NCBI RefSeq assembly: GCF_009914755.1
Contig: NC_060939.1
Length of the DNA: 64,000 nucleotides
Direction: 5' to 3' (one strand)
DNA from: the human T2T-CHM13v2.0 reference genome, Homo sapiens
Made by a program: the position numbers and the translations under genes. The first letter of the stretch is position 1. Each line of letters begins with the position of its first letter. The notes under the pieces were generated by a model. It saw only the letters and a list, made by a program, of their open reading frames with translations. It was not told the origin of the DNA and did no database searches. Positions 26,396 through 42,726 of this stretch are shown piece by piece.

Positions 26396-27638
26396 AGTGA
26401 CACAAATTTTTAAGAACTGGTGGCTCAGTGGCATTTGAGCTTCTGTTTCTCCCTGTTAAATAAGCCAAGTTCTTTAGCTTTTCTTCCTGAACTTAATTTT
26501 CTATTCTTTCCTCATGTTCTAAAGGCAAATTATGATTTAAGTTATAAAGCCCAGGAGTAACAACAAGTTGTTTTAAATGAAAGCAGCTCCTGTTTTCAGA
26601 CTGATCGATTATTCCCTTTCCTGGGTTGTCTGGCTTTGTATACAGTGGGAATGTCCTTGCTGTCCAGATCCCACCTCAGTGCATTCTTGTCATAGTCTCT
26701 CCTGATATCTGCCTTACAGAGGTTAGTGGTGGCAGCTGTTCTCTGAAGCTCCCGACTTTGGCCTCAGGTTTACCCCCAAGGACACTGCCTTGGGCAGTGG
26801 ACACACTGGAACCTAGTCCCCATCCCAGGTACCAGCAAGGACCCACAAAGGAGAGGGTTCCTGTTCCCAGAGCCATCTGGCTTCCCTATCCCATGTACTC
26901 TCCATTTAACGTCAGCCTTTGCAGCCTCAGCCAAAGCCAGCCAGGGTGACTTTAGAAGGGAAGCCAGGTCTGTGGAAGCAAGGCTTGCTTGCCTCCAACT
27001 TCCCCTCACCTCATCCTCATTCTCAGCCCTTCAGGACCCTGCTGTCATGCCACCCCCTCCAGGAGTTGGTGGAACTTCTCACATCTTTGGATTTACATAG
27101 CAATTGTTCTCTCTCCTAAAAGCAGAAGCCACAGCCTATCAGATTCCAGATGGTTGAATCTGTTTCTCCACTAAACTGAAGGCTTCTTAAGGCAGGCATT
27201 GGACCTAACCTTGCCTCCCCACCGCACCCAGAATGGGCCCTTGCACTGGAGTACAGCTCAATAAAGCCTTGTTAGATTGAACTGAAGATGTTTCTTATAA
27301 GAGGCTGCTTAAGTCCCTTCTTCCTGAGCTCCTCAGGCCCAATATCCAACCTCTTCCAGTAGGGCGAGGCTGCAGGGTGGCCTGGGGTACAGTAACCCCA
27401 CTTCCCCTTGGGTAAGCTACAGAAGACTTGCAGCTCAGCGGCCCAGGGCACTGAGAGTCAGAGAGTGAGACCACAATGTTAAAAATGGGATAGGCTATAA
27501 TAATAATATTAAACATTTATGTTTTTTCTCAAAACACAAGACCTAGGTCATCTTTGACATCAAAGGCAATCTGAGCTCTTCTCTGGTGTTCACTGAACAC
27601 CAGAGAACCTTAGCTTAGCTCAAGAGGGACAACACGGA

Positions 27639-27932
27639 TTTTTGTTTGTTTGTTTTTTGAGACGGAATCTCATTCTGTTGCCCAGGCTGGAGTGCAATGG
27701 TGCAATCTCGGCTCACTGAAACCTCTCTGCCCACTGGGTTCAAGCGATTCTCCCACCTCAGCTTCCGAAGTAGTAGGCACTCACCTCCACACCCTGCTAA
27801 TTTTTGTATTTTTAGCAGAGACGGGAGTTTTGCCATGCTGGCCAGGCTGGTCTCAAACTCCTGACTCAGGTGATACACACGCCTCGGCCTCCCAAAATAC
27901 TGGGATTACAGCATGAGCCACCGTACCCGGCC
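27639..27932 (-). mobile_element. AluS (degenerate)
   Basis: Antisense dimer with a small internal deletion. Confidence 0.92.
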
Positions 27933-28175
27933 AGGAGGAACAACATGTTTTACAACTGTTTACAGAAAAAAAGGGAATTGCAAAGGAGCCAGAGAAAGAT
28001 ACATTGTTGGAGGTGAGATGGACTGAGGTGCCTAGCAGAAGGTCAGCCTCTCTGTCTCTGGTCAGCTCCAGGTCAAGGCAACAAGGTTATGGGGGCAGCT
28101 TGTTCTTGAACAATATGAGGCATCTGCAGTAGAAGTACTTTTGTAACCAATGCTATTCAAATGCTAGCCTGTTAA

Positions 28176-28764
<589 letters not shown>

Positions 28765-28789
28765 TAAAACCATTAATGTATATCAGTGT

Positions 28790-30029
28790 TTTAAATCCAC
28801 CACAATTCCAAGAAGCAAAGCCACTCCAATAGTAGTATTATTACTCCTGCCCATATCTTAGTCTCTAATATCTTATGTCCCTTTAGTCTATATGTCCTTT
28901 TAGTGGAGTCTAATGTCTCCACTAAAAGGAACCAAGTCTCCTCAAAAAAATTATTAGTTTTAGGAAGAGTTGGTACAAAATAAGCCTGGAACATTTTGTT
29001 ATGCTAGAAAGTAAGTGCTGAAAGAAATGATGGGAACATCATAAGGATGTGGGCCCCAGCTTGAAGGGATGCTTACTGATGAAAACTAGGGCAATATAAG
29101 CACCAAAATAATTAAGTGCAGCAATGAGTTATAAACAATTGAAAAAATAAGAACTCATGAGTCCATAGTAATAATAAATAGATGAATAAATAAACAGGAG
29201 ACAGGAAGAGTTGGTTATGTACAATACTGAGGGAAACTGGAATGGTAAAATCATCATTTTCATCATCATTGGAATTGCAAAATCATCATTTTGCAACTAT
29301 CACAGTAAAGATCGGATCAGACAAGGAGCATCAGTGGATGCTAAATCCAGGAGGAAATTTTGATGAAGACAAGATATTTACATAATATTAAGGTATGTCC
29401 TCATAGATTGTTTATTATTGCAAGGGAGAAAATAATGACTATACAATGAAAAAAGTTGAACAACACCTAGACCAAGTGATCAAAATTCCTATCAATGAGA
29501 GACAGATGAGCATCCAGTGCCTCCAGATGTGAGACCCTGAGAATCACACGGTGTCACCTTCGCAGTATTCCAGCAAGAATATAACCTCAATGTGATCACA
29601 AGGAAACACCCAACAAGCACAAATGAAGACCCTTCTGTTAGGAAAGAGGAGAGGGCTGTATTCCTTCAAAAATGTCAATGCCATACGACACCAAGAAAGC
29701 TGTGGAATGTTCCAGATTAAAGAAAGCTAAAAGGACATGACATTTAAACCTTGACCCTAGGCTGAATCCTACATAGTAGAGGGGAAAAGCTATAAAAAAA
29801 ATAATAATTGGGTCTATTGACAAAACTGGAATACAAATGGTAGATTTGAGAAAAAGCACTGTATCAATGTTAAATTTAGTGAAGTTGATAACTGTACTAT
29901 GATTATGTATAAGAACCTCCTTATTTTTAGGAAATACACACTGAAATACTTAAGGGTAAAGGACCATGAGGTATGTAACTTACCCTCAAATAGCTCAGAA
30001 ATGAAATTAGACAACAGATAGAGATACAT

Positions 30030-30078
<49 letters not shown>

Positions 30079-30262
30079 GATAGTAGATAGATGAAGATAG
30101 AAAGACAGATGAACAGAGAGGGCGAGTGAATGGTAAGGCATGTTGGTAAAACGTTGACAGTAGGTGAGTTTGGGTAAAGGGTTACAGGTGTGTTTGTACT
30201 AGTTTTGTTTTTGCATGTTGTCTATAAATTTGAAATTATTTCCAAATTTAAAAGTTTTTTAA
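28790..30262 (+). mobile_element. L1MC/L1MD 3' UTR
   Basis: 'ctccactaaaaggaacca', 'gaccaagtgatcaaa', 'gttccagattaaaga', 'tttgaaattatttccaaatt'. Confidence 0.85.
30030..30092. repeat. (GATA)n tetranucleotide STR
   Basis: Directly visible. Confidence 0.97.
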
Positions 30263-30689
30263 TGTTTGTCACTATTTCTATAAGCATGTTTTGGAATTTA
30301 TTCATTTTTAACCTGGGAGAATTCTCCAAACTTGGCAGAGGCTCAGACCTGTCTTGATCTTCCAGTCCCCAGCGGCTCTCACCTCTCACCAAGAGACTCT
30401 TACCTTACACCGTCTCCTCTCTCTCCATAGAAGGGAGGGGCAGAGATGCCCTAGAGGAGGTTGGTTCATGCTCTCACATGGCACCAGCTAGATGACCAGA
30501 GACTCAACTGGTTCCATTCAGATTTCGTAATTGGGCTACACCCACAATTTTGTTAAGGCTCTTAAACTGAGAGCGTTCACTTAGAATTCTCACACATCAC
30601 CAGGCACCTCCTCACAACCAGGTCCCGTTCTGCTCTCCCTGTCCACAGTCCCTGGGCAAGATCACCCTGTCCACGTCTTTCACTGACCA

Positions 30690-31350
30690 TTTACAGGATG
30701 CTGACTCACATGGTTATTTCTCGAGCCTAAGCCTCTTCTGTGAATTCCAACCCTGATATCCAACTACCTCCTTGACAATTACATCTCAGAGGTAGCTCAA
30801 AGTCACGATTCCCTGAACCAAACTCTTCATCTTCTCATCCTAAACTGGAAACTTCTCCAGGATTCTCTCTGACAGAGAAAGCATCACATAGCCACCAAAG
30901 CCAAGCCCTGCTCCCTAAATATCTGTCTGAGCCATCCACTTCTTCCCATCTCTATATCCACTCTGAAGTAAGCTCCCAGTTGTCCACATCACCCTCACAT
31001 CCATTCTCTAGCAACAGCCAGAGGGGGCTTTCCAAAATGAAACTTGTCCTCAAGTCTCCTCTGTCTCAAAAACCTCCTTCTGCTTATTCAGGATAAAATC
31101 CAAAAGCTTCACGATCTACGAGACTTCGGACAGCCTACCTCAAGAGCCTCATCTCACATCTTCATCACCATTCTCCATACCCTAACCACAAACAGGGCTC
31201 CAATGCCTTCGGTTTGTCCTATCCCTCACCACATCAGCGTCTTTCCACACGAGGTTCCTCACATCCGGAACATTCTCCTCCCTACCTCACCCCATTGCCT
31301 AGGTAACCTCCATTCACCCTTCAACTCTAAGCTGACTTCTCTTCCTGTGT
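30690..31350 (+). mobile_element. L2 fragment
   Basis: 'atatccaactacctccttgaca', 'ccatccacttcttcccatctct', 'tcaggataaaatccaaa'. Confidence 0.75.
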
Positions 31351-31499
31351 GTGCCGTGCTCTTTCTTCAATAACTGGCATAAATTGCCCTGGTCACTACT
31401 ACTGTGTCTAGTTTGGATGATTCAAAAGACAGTTCCGTGAGAAAGAACATGGATTCAGAAGTGGGGAAAACTGGACAAGGAATATAGGGCGGCATGAGC

Positions 31500-32633
<1,134 letters not shown>

Positions 32634-33042
32634 GATGGTCAAGGAGAAATGGCCTCCCCAAACCAGGCATGAGAAGGACTTTTCAGCAGGGGTTGGTGAA
32701 TCCTTCCCTGCCCAAATCTTCCCAACCAAACCTCTCTTGGAAGAAATGAACAGCCAACTCCAAAGGATTTTAGAACCAGGGCAACAAGTACACTGTGGGT
32801 CTTACTGGCCTGGGTGAAATCATACCTCCTGGTGGGCTTCCTATAGCCACATGGGTGCTGCATGGCAGGGGAGGGGCTGCATGGCAGGGGAGGGGCTGCA
32901 TGGGGGCCTGGAACTGGCTATTTGAACCTGAGTGTGCAAGATGGATTAAGGGTCAAGACCTAGGGGACAGAGTCCTGGTGGAATTTCAGATTTCAAAAGG
33001 TTCTTAGCGGTCCTTAGAGCTTTAGCCCATCATTTCTCAGAG

Positions 33043-33506
33043 TGTGGCAGACTGTATTTTCCAAGGATGGCCGTGACAATCTCTTCCATCCTGCATACTT
33101 TTCTTAAAGTGGCTTTGACACTTCCAGCCAACTCATAAAAGGCAATAGAGCTTCTGCCTGGGTCTCTTGGAACACTCACCTTGGAGCCCCGACCCATGTA
33201 AAATGTCTGACCACCCCTGGGGCTGCTGAGCCTGAGGGCCACTGGACAGGCCACGTGTAGGTGTTTCAGCTCACAGCCTTGGCTGAGGTCCCACCCACAG
33301 CCAGAACGCGAATAAAGACAGCCCCAGCCATCAAGTCACCCCCAGTCTTCAAGATGAGGCCCCAAACATCAAGGAGTAGAGAAAAGTCATCCCCTTCATA
33401 TCCTGTCTGAATTTCTGATCCACAGGATTTATGGACATAATAAAATGGTTGCTTTATGCCACTAAATTTTGGGATGGTTTATTATGCAGCAATACTAACT
33501 GGAACA
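33043..33506 (+). mobile_element. MLT1G/H-type MaLR LTR
   Basis: 'tgtggcagactgtattttccaaggatggcc'...'ttatgcagcaatactaactggaaca'. Confidence 0.85.
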
Positions 33507-34119
33507 CACAAGACGTTAATAGATATTATGTAAAAATAGAGGGGTGGAGAGCTCTGTAATTAAATGTTTTGGAAGGTGCTTGGCAACACAAATTCCAACT
33601 AAAACAGGGTTCTATTTTACCATGGACGCCTCACAGCCTTTAGTGTACAATATGCACCGTGAATCTCCGAGAGGGAGATATGGTATTTGGTGTTCCTTAA
33701 CAGATTTTTTTTTCATGGGCTATCATTCTGCAAAAAAAAAAAAGCTGATGGTCCAGCCCTAGTCTCATGAAGAAGATATTTGAGGCCGGAAAAGTCCCGA
33801 GACCTGCCGGACACATCTGGAGGCAAAGCTAGAACTCACGTTGCCTGACCCCTGGGGTAGGGCTGTTCCCAAGGGCCCCCTCCTGGGGGGCTGTGCAGAT
33901 TCACAGGACGTGCCCAGGCTTTCTCCTGGGGTATCTCTTTTCCCATCCTTCAGCCTCTCCTGTGGCCTGGGCCCTGGTCCCTGCCTCCCTCTTCACCCTT
34001 TACCTGCTCCCTCACTTTTTCTTCCTATGGAGACCCCTCTTTTTCCTCCACAGGCCTTAGGAGAGATGGGGGAAGGGGTAGGGGTTAGAAGAGCCCTCCC
34101 CACTCTCCCCACCCACCAA

Positions 34120-34620
34120 CACAGCACAGGCGCGTGCCCACACTCACACTCACACACACATCGCACGCGCTGCCCGCCCCCACGTCCAGCCTGGCTCCGC
34201 GCAGCCGGGCCTGTCCCGAGCCTCCTGTAAGCTGCTTCTGCGCCCTGAACGCTGCCTGTTGTCCCCTCCAGAGCGCCTCGCGGCTCCTCCTCCTCCTCCC
34301 CGCCCGGCTGGAAGAGGAACACAGCCCTCCCTTGTCCCTCCTCTTGATATTTCCAGTAAAAGCACCTCGAACACAATCTCGCTGCCACAACCCTAATTAT
34401 GTGTGAAATCATTTTTTTTTAGCTTGAAACCAAAGCAAACAAGCGCGCACAGAGAAGCCCATTCTCCGCGGCCGGCGCGGCAGCCTGGCCGCTGTGGGTA
34501 GCTCAGGGACGCACAGAGGCCCGGCTGTTTCGCAAGCTGCCCGCCTGGCCAAGGTGCCTCCCAGGCCTGCCCGGGGAGGTCGCCCACCCCCTCGGAGGAA
34601 AGAGTGGGTTTCAGTTTGTC
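34120..34620. promoter_or_regulatory. CpG island with an AT-rich central core (promoter or enhancer candidate)
   Basis: Dense CpG, GC boxes (cccgccc), a (CCT)n tract, central TAATTA and forkhead-like GCAAACA; no recognisable CDS. Confidence 0.7.
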
Positions 34621-34859
34621 CTGCACTTTCCACGCAGGTTGACGGGAGCCTCACACAGGCCTGGCACACTCTGAGGCCACAGGAAAACGTGTTTAGAAAG
34701 AAGTGGAGGTTCTCAGGAGTAGCGTGGGCACTGGGCTTTCCCGGAAGATCGTTTTCACCTCTGCGCTACTTTTTTAGTTTATCATTGTATTGTATTGAAC
34801 TGTGCTGTATCATATTGCATTGCATTGCATTGTATTTGAGAGCTTCAAGTATCCAAGAG

Positions 34860-36820
34860 TAGGGAAGATTTTACACACTATCATTCACACAGCCATTTTC
34901 TCCTGTTTCCACTTCCCCTGTCTTCACTTCACTTCACTCTCATTCCCTCTCCACTGACAACCTCGTTCTAATATATTTAATAAGCATTCTTTTTTCCCTA
35001 TGCAACTTCAAAAAGACAGTGCTTTGGTGAGTATATGTGATTTTAATTTATGTAAGTGGTATTGCTAGAGATTCATCCTATTTCCAACTTTTTACTTTGG
35101 GCCCTGTGTTTGGAGGACGGGTAAGAATTGATCATATTATCTATAAATAATGGCAATTTTGCCTATTCCTTTCTAATTGGTCTGCCTTTATTTATTTTTC
35201 TTATCTTATTGCATTGACCACACCCTAAATTCTATGTTGAATACTAAGCATCTTTGCATTATTCCTTATATTAAAAGGAATGCCTCTAAAGTTTCTCTTT
35301 AAGTATGAGATTTTTGCTGGATAAGCTTTATCAAGGGTGTTCCCATCTATTCTTAATCTTCTAAGAATTTTTAAAATGATAAATAGGTGTGCACTTTATC
35401 AAAAGCCATTTCTATATACAATAGAATTGTCTCTGTCATCTTTGGTATGCTTTTTCTCCTTTATTCCATTAATATGGTGAATTAGATTGACTTTTTTTCT
35501 GATGTTGAACCATCCTGGCTTTCTTAGAATAAACCCTACTTGATCATGATGTTTTTTTAATACAGATTTGATAAATTTAATTGATCTCTCATTTGCGATT
35601 TTCACATCTATGTTTATAAGTGAAACTAATCGAAAATTTTCTTTTCTTGTGAGTTCTTTTATCAGTTTTGGACTCAAGATTATACCAGCCTTATGAGGTC
35701 ATTTTATTTACTTCATTCCTATATTCTGGAAAATTTGTATAAAAGAGGGATTGTCTATCCCTTAAAAGTTTGCTGTAATCATCTGGTCCTAGAGCTTTTA
35801 CATGGAAGGAAGCCTTTGAATACAATTTTGATTTTTTAAAAATGCTTACTGACCTATACAAGTGTTCTATTGCTTTTTCTGCCAATTTGGTCAAGCAGAC
35901 TTCCATTTATGTCTCATGGGCCAGTACTGGGTCCCATGGCCACCCCAACTGTGATACATACTAAGGAAGTAACAATTTAAGGTTTTAACCTCTATAGAGA
36001 AAAGCCATAAGGAAGAAAGGACTGGGAATAGTACCAGCATCTGCCACAGTCCTTAGAAGACAACATATTGTTTGATCTTATTTTGGTTTTGCTCCACCTG
36101 CAGTCTAATCCAATCAGGGAACTTAACTCATTTATGTTTATTTTAATTACTAATATATTCACATTTATTTCATCCTTGTGTTTACTGTATTTATTATATC
36201 AATTTCTCTCTCTTTTCTAATCTCCATTGCATGAATCAGATTTTCTTCTGCTGAATTGAAAGTTGTATATTCTGTTTTTATTCTTCTACTTGTTTCCCCT
36301 TTTTAAGAACCATACTTATGTTTATGTTTCATTATCAATTTCTTTTCCTGTAGGACTCACTTACTTCTTTCTGGTATGTATATCTCCTCAACATTATCCC
36401 CACCCTGCCATATTGGTATCACCCAGAATTGGTTTTTGACTGTTACAAGCAATTTTTCACCTTTATTTAAAACTTATTTTTTAGAGCATGACAAATCTAA
36501 GTAGTTTACAAGACCTTATTTTCCATGTCTCATTGCTTCCTCCACTTGAAAAGTCTGATGTCAATGTGATTATTATATTTGTATACGATCTACTTTTTTT
36601 TTCTATAAACTTTCGGAATCTTCTTCTCCTGTGTTTGGTGTTCTGAGATTTCTCTGCAATGCATCTAGCTTGAGTATTTGTTTTGAGTCACTCTGCCCCA
36701 TTTGGTCCTCTATGAACTTTTAAAATCCAAGTTCTTCCCTCTTTCTTTAATTCTATGAAAATTTTAGTCACAATTTTCTCTTTTCCATATACTTCTTTTT
36801 CTGTTCTGGAATCCTTATTT
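34860..36820 (-). mobile_element. Old L1M ORF2 fragments including RT region
   Basis: Minus ORF 35399-35677 reads KENFRLVSLINIDVKI...HHDQVGFI...GWFNIRK..NLIHHIN, i.e. L1 ORF2 reverse transcriptase; a short MLT1-like piece lies at about 35895-36050. Confidence 0.85.
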
Positions 36821-36982
36821 AATGAGCTCTACTAACTGCTGAACACTTTTCCAGGTAACGGGGTTATAGCACTCAGCAAAACAAAGCCCTCATGGAACTT
36901 GCATTATGATGGGGGCGGGGGGGAGATAGGCAATAAACAAATAACTATATAATATGTCAAAGATAAAAATGCCATGGAGGGG

Positions 36983-37896
<914 letters not shown>

Positions 37897-39252
37897 TGAA
37901 ACGGAAGAGTGACATGACTAGGTTTCTTTTTAAAAGACTCATCCTGGCTACCCTATGGATAATATAGGGAGCAAGAGGAGCAGAAAAATTACTTAGGAAA
38001 ATCTTGCAATAAACCAAGTGATAAATGATAGTAGCTTGGACTGGGTAGGGGTTGTGGGGGTGGTGGAAGGTAGTCAGATGCTGGATATATGTTCACAGTA
38101 GAGCTAATGGTGTTTGCTAGCACACTGGCTGTGGGATGGGAAAGGAAGACAGGAATCAAGGGTAATGCAAGATCATGAGGTGGCTGAAACAGTTCTAGGC
38201 ATCACATCCAGTTCCAACAATGTCCTGTAGAAGAAGAGATTATCTCTTGTATTTCTCTCTTAAGGGCTAGGAAACCTTCCAGAAACTACCCAGCAGAATT
38301 CTCCTTGTGTTTCATTGTCAGAACTGTGTCACATGATTATACCTAAACCAATCACTGGCAAGGAGACTAATGATCTTAGACCACTGGTTCTCAAAGTGTG
38401 ATCCAGGGACCCCTTCCAGTGGGGCTATAAATCAAAACTCTTTCTATAATAATATCAAGACACCTTACAAGATCCTTTTGGGCTTGCCAAAAAATAAAAA
38501 TATCAGGACATCATTTGCCTTTTTTGTGCTCTTTCTCTCATGAGTGGACAATGGAGTTTCCAGAAGGTACAGGAGGTGCTGATGTCACTGCATGGACAGC
38601 TCATAGCATGTGCACTTTTATCTGCCTATGTTTTCTCAGGAAACTAAGCTCAGGGTATAAATACATGCATTTCCAGAGATTCACTCCATTTATTCTCAGG
38701 ATTTCTACTGTGTTCTGATTAGCTGTCTTTAATTACCCTTGCTAAAATCAAAAATCTCATTGTTATCTAATAAATCATTATTTGAAACCCCCAGTTTTCC
38801 TTGCACCAATGTAGAAACACGGGAAGCACAATCTGTTGTCTTATTTTGAAATACTATTTGTTAAATATTCTGAAGCTTTTCTGAATTCTTAAGTTTAATC
38901 TATACCTATTATTTTTGGACTAATAATATTTTATTCTGAAATAAAATAAATTGTACTTATTTTTTTTTACATTTAAGGATGGATCATTAGCTTTCAAAAG
39001 AGTTCTTAGAAGACTTGCTTTCTCTATCACCAAACCACCTAAATCCAAAGATTCTGAAAAAGATGAAAGTGATATGTCACAGAATTTGCCGACTAGTGGT
39101 GAGGAGGGATCTACTCCAAAGAAACTGGAAGAAACTGTAAAGAAGCAGCAAAACTATGATAAAAGCAATCTCTCTCTCAACCTGATAGATATTGACTATT
39201 TACCTCATTCTGCCTGATGCGACAGAGTATTTCTCAAGAGCCTCACGGTGCT

Positions 39253-39410
39253 CAGGGCCAGGCCTAGAGTGAGGCAAGTAAGGTGCGTAGGGTGCAGAAC
39301 TTAAGGAGGCGTCAGTCTCGGCTTTGCCCAAGTGCAGGGTCAGTAGGGCGAGTGTCTCCTTAGACCCTGTGCACTAAGCACCTTGCTACTGCACCCTAGG
39401 CCCAGACCCG
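39253..39410. mobile_element. MER96-like MITE nested in the Charlie element
   Basis: 'cagggccaggcctagagtgaggcaagt...tagggtgcagaacttaaggagg' with an imperfect inverted end. Confidence 0.7.
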
Positions 39411-39474
39411 ATGGGGCCATTTAAGTTGGGGTATTATTTTAAGACCAGAGTTTAAACAAAAAGGAATTAAATCT

Positions 39475-39765
39475 GGCCAGGTACAGTGGCTCACACCTGT
39501 AACCCCAGCACTTTGGGAGGCCAAGGCGGGCAGATTGCTTCAGCCTACAAGTTCGAGACCAACCTGGGCAACATAGCGAAACTACCTCTCAGCAACAACA
39601 ATAAAATGCAAAAATTAGCTAGGCATGGTGGCATGCACCTGTAGTCCTAGCTACTGGAGAGGTTGAGGTGAGAAGATCACTTGAATCTGGCTGGTTGAGG
39701 TTGCAGTGAGCCGTAATTGTGCCACTGAACTCCAGCCTGGGTGACAGAATGAGAACATGTCTCAG

Positions 39766-39796
<31 letters not shown>

Positions 39797-39798
39797 AT
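39475..39798 (+). mobile_element. AluJ with (TAAA)n tail
   Basis: Dimer; TSD aaaaaggaattaaat. Confidence 0.94.
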
Positions 39799-40800
39799 AT
39801 CCATTATTATAAAAAAGGAATTAAATGTTTTAAACTTAGATGTTATGAGCCCTTAAAAAGCCAAAAGTTTTTTACATCTTTTCAAGCTAGAAATGAAAAA
39901 GTCACAGAAGCATAAGCAATCAAATTACATTAACTAATAAAATCTCTCATACAGATGACACTGCTGAATGCCTGCTGAGTACAAACTCAGTAAAATAAAT
40001 AACAGCACTACCACTTCCCAATGCTAACGCAACTTGCCAAATCAAAGATTTATCTGTGAACATGAAGACTGAGTTAATCTCTCATTGGCAGAATTGTACT
40101 TTTGCCTTAACAACTGGATGAGTGTACAGATGTGGCTGGACTGACTGTTTTGCTTGTATTTGTCCCATATCAGCACTAATTAATCATTGAAGACCTTCTT
40201 TTATGTAACACTTGGCAACAAACACAAGTGGTGCTGAAATAGGCAAAGTATTGAGGAACGTTTTTGAATCTTATGGTTTATCCTAGATCAACTGTGTTGA
40301 TATGCGCACAAAGGCTGTAAAAGCAATGGTGGATGACACTGCTGAGGCCTTAGCATCAAGGCAGTGGTAGCTGTCCTCATAGTCATTGGATAGTTCGCTG
40401 CCATGCACTCACAGTAAACAGACAAATAAATAAATAAATATAAAAAGCCAGTTCCATTTTAGAATGCCCTTGATGAAGCAGTAAGAATTATTCATTTAAC
40501 TAGATCTCAACACTTAAAAACATATGTCTTCTTTCAACATTACTTTGGAATGTCTTGTGCGATGAAAAGAAAAATGCATGAAAGCATAAAACACATCCGC
40601 TGTATCAAAGTACAAGAGTTATCGAGAGCAAAGGCATTGGAACAATTAAGTTACCAACTAAACTAGCCACTTTTTTCAGAAAACATCATTTTTACATGAA
40701 AGAACAATTGACCAACTGTAGTTATTTAAACCTGAGTATTTGGCAGACGTTTTCTTGAAAATGAACAAAGTGACCCTGTTGTTTCAAGGAACAACTGACA

Positions 40801-41164
<364 letters not shown>

Positions 41165-41937
41165 TAGTCAGAGACCAAAAAGGTTTGAGAACCACTGGCT
41201 TAAAATCCAATCAGGATTCACCCTCTAGGGCCAGAGGTGGGTCCGGCCCCCACCATACATGGGAAGCACATGGCTGCCTTAATGTGAGGGATGCCTGAAA
41301 ACTCTCAGGCTCCCTGAGGAAGGAGGAATGAATGTGGGTAGGTACTAAGAGGTCTGCTACAGTGGTTGCAGAGTGAATCCTGACCTGGACCAAGGACTTC
41401 TGGGACAACACTGGCCAACAGCTGCAGTGTTAATTAAGGCCCATACATGCTGTGGCAGATGGTGAGAGTGACGGACAGGGGACCTTTCTCTTGAAGAACA
41501 AGGAAGCTTTGTGAGGCATGAGGCATCTGCTCTGCAGTGCTTAACAGCCTCTTCTGCAAATGGGCAACCCACGGTTGTTGAGGCTTTTCTCTATGAAGTA
41601 CAACTATTTTGACTCCCATCCCATTTTTTTTCACCATATTTGCAAATTGAAAAGCCACGGCCAACAATTTAGTTCTCTTGCCTAAACATACAATCATATC
41701 ACTTATCTATTCAAAACTCTGAAAAATCCAGTGTGTACAGAATAAAGCCCAAAATTTTGACATGCATTTAAAGATTTCTACCTTATGACCTCAGCCTGTC
41801 TTTCCGGACTTCCAGAATAAGTTTAACCTAATGGTTAAGAGCATGCATTCAGACGCTAGGTTTAACTGGTCCAAAACCCACTTCTACCAAGAGCTTATCA
41901 ACTGAGGGATCTGAGCAGTAATACGCTGGTGAGTGTA

Positions 41938-42247
41938 TTTTTGTTTTGTTTTGTTTTGTGAAGGAGTCTCACTCTATCGCCCAGACTGCAGTGGAGTGGC
42001 ACAATTTCAGCTCACTGCAACCTCTGCCTCCCGGTTCAAGAGATTCTCCTGCCTCAGCCTCCCGAGTAGCTGGGATTACAGGCATGCACGCCACCACACC
42101 CAGCTAAATTTTGTATTTTTAGTAGAGACGGGGTTTCACCACGTTGACCAGGCTGGTCTCTGGTCTCAAACTCCTGGCCTCAGGTGATCTGCCCGCCTTG
42201 GCCTCCCAAAGTGCTGGGATTACAGACGTGAGCCACTGCACCCGGCC
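41938..42247 (-). mobile_element. AluS inserted in a MER63-like element
   Basis: TSD ctggtgagtgt; the host continues to 'gctggctccagcaccccactg' at about 42455. Confidence 0.93.
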
Positions 42248-42562
42248 ACTGGTGAGTGTTTAATAGGCTCTCAGGGTGGACGTGAAGTTCTGATTTTGCC
42301 AATCAGTCCTAGCATTTGCCAAGTTCTATGATATAAATATTTCCACCATGGCCGATTTTAGGCTACCAATGTGATATCACTATATTCAGAGTTGGGAAGA
42401 GAAGCTCACAACTGGCTCTCAAGGGCCATTGCAAGCTGGCTCCAGCACCCCACTGGACCTTGTGCAAGTTACCTACTCACTCTGAGACAGCTTCCTCACC
42501 TATCAAGTGGGGGTATGAGTGTCTAGCTATGACACTGTTTTAAAGATCAAATTGTACAGTGC

Positions 42563-42726
42563 TATGGTTCTCAAAGTTTAGTATGCATCAGAATCATCTT
42601 CAGGATGTGTTAAAACACAGATTGCTGGGCCCCACTCCCAGAGTTTGTGATTCAGCATGTCTGGGTAGGGCTCAAGGATCTGAAGTTCTAACAAGTTCCC
42701 AGGTGATGACATTTTGAGAGCCACTC
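42563..42726. mobile_element. MER5A
   Basis: 'tggttctcaaagtttagtatgcatcagaatca...acagattgctgggccccactccca...ttctaacaagttcccaggtgatg'. Confidence 0.88.

Noticed and set aside
29240-29295. Repeated aaaatcatcatttt
   Set aside because: Ordinary short tandem duplication inside L1MC; low information.
33841-34862. ORFs over the second CpG island
   Set aside because: GC-content artefacts without coding signature or recognisable product.
35399-35677. RT-like ORF as an active or domesticated reverse transcriptase
   Set aside because: A short open patch in a heavily decayed L1M ORF2 flanked by stops and frameshifts.
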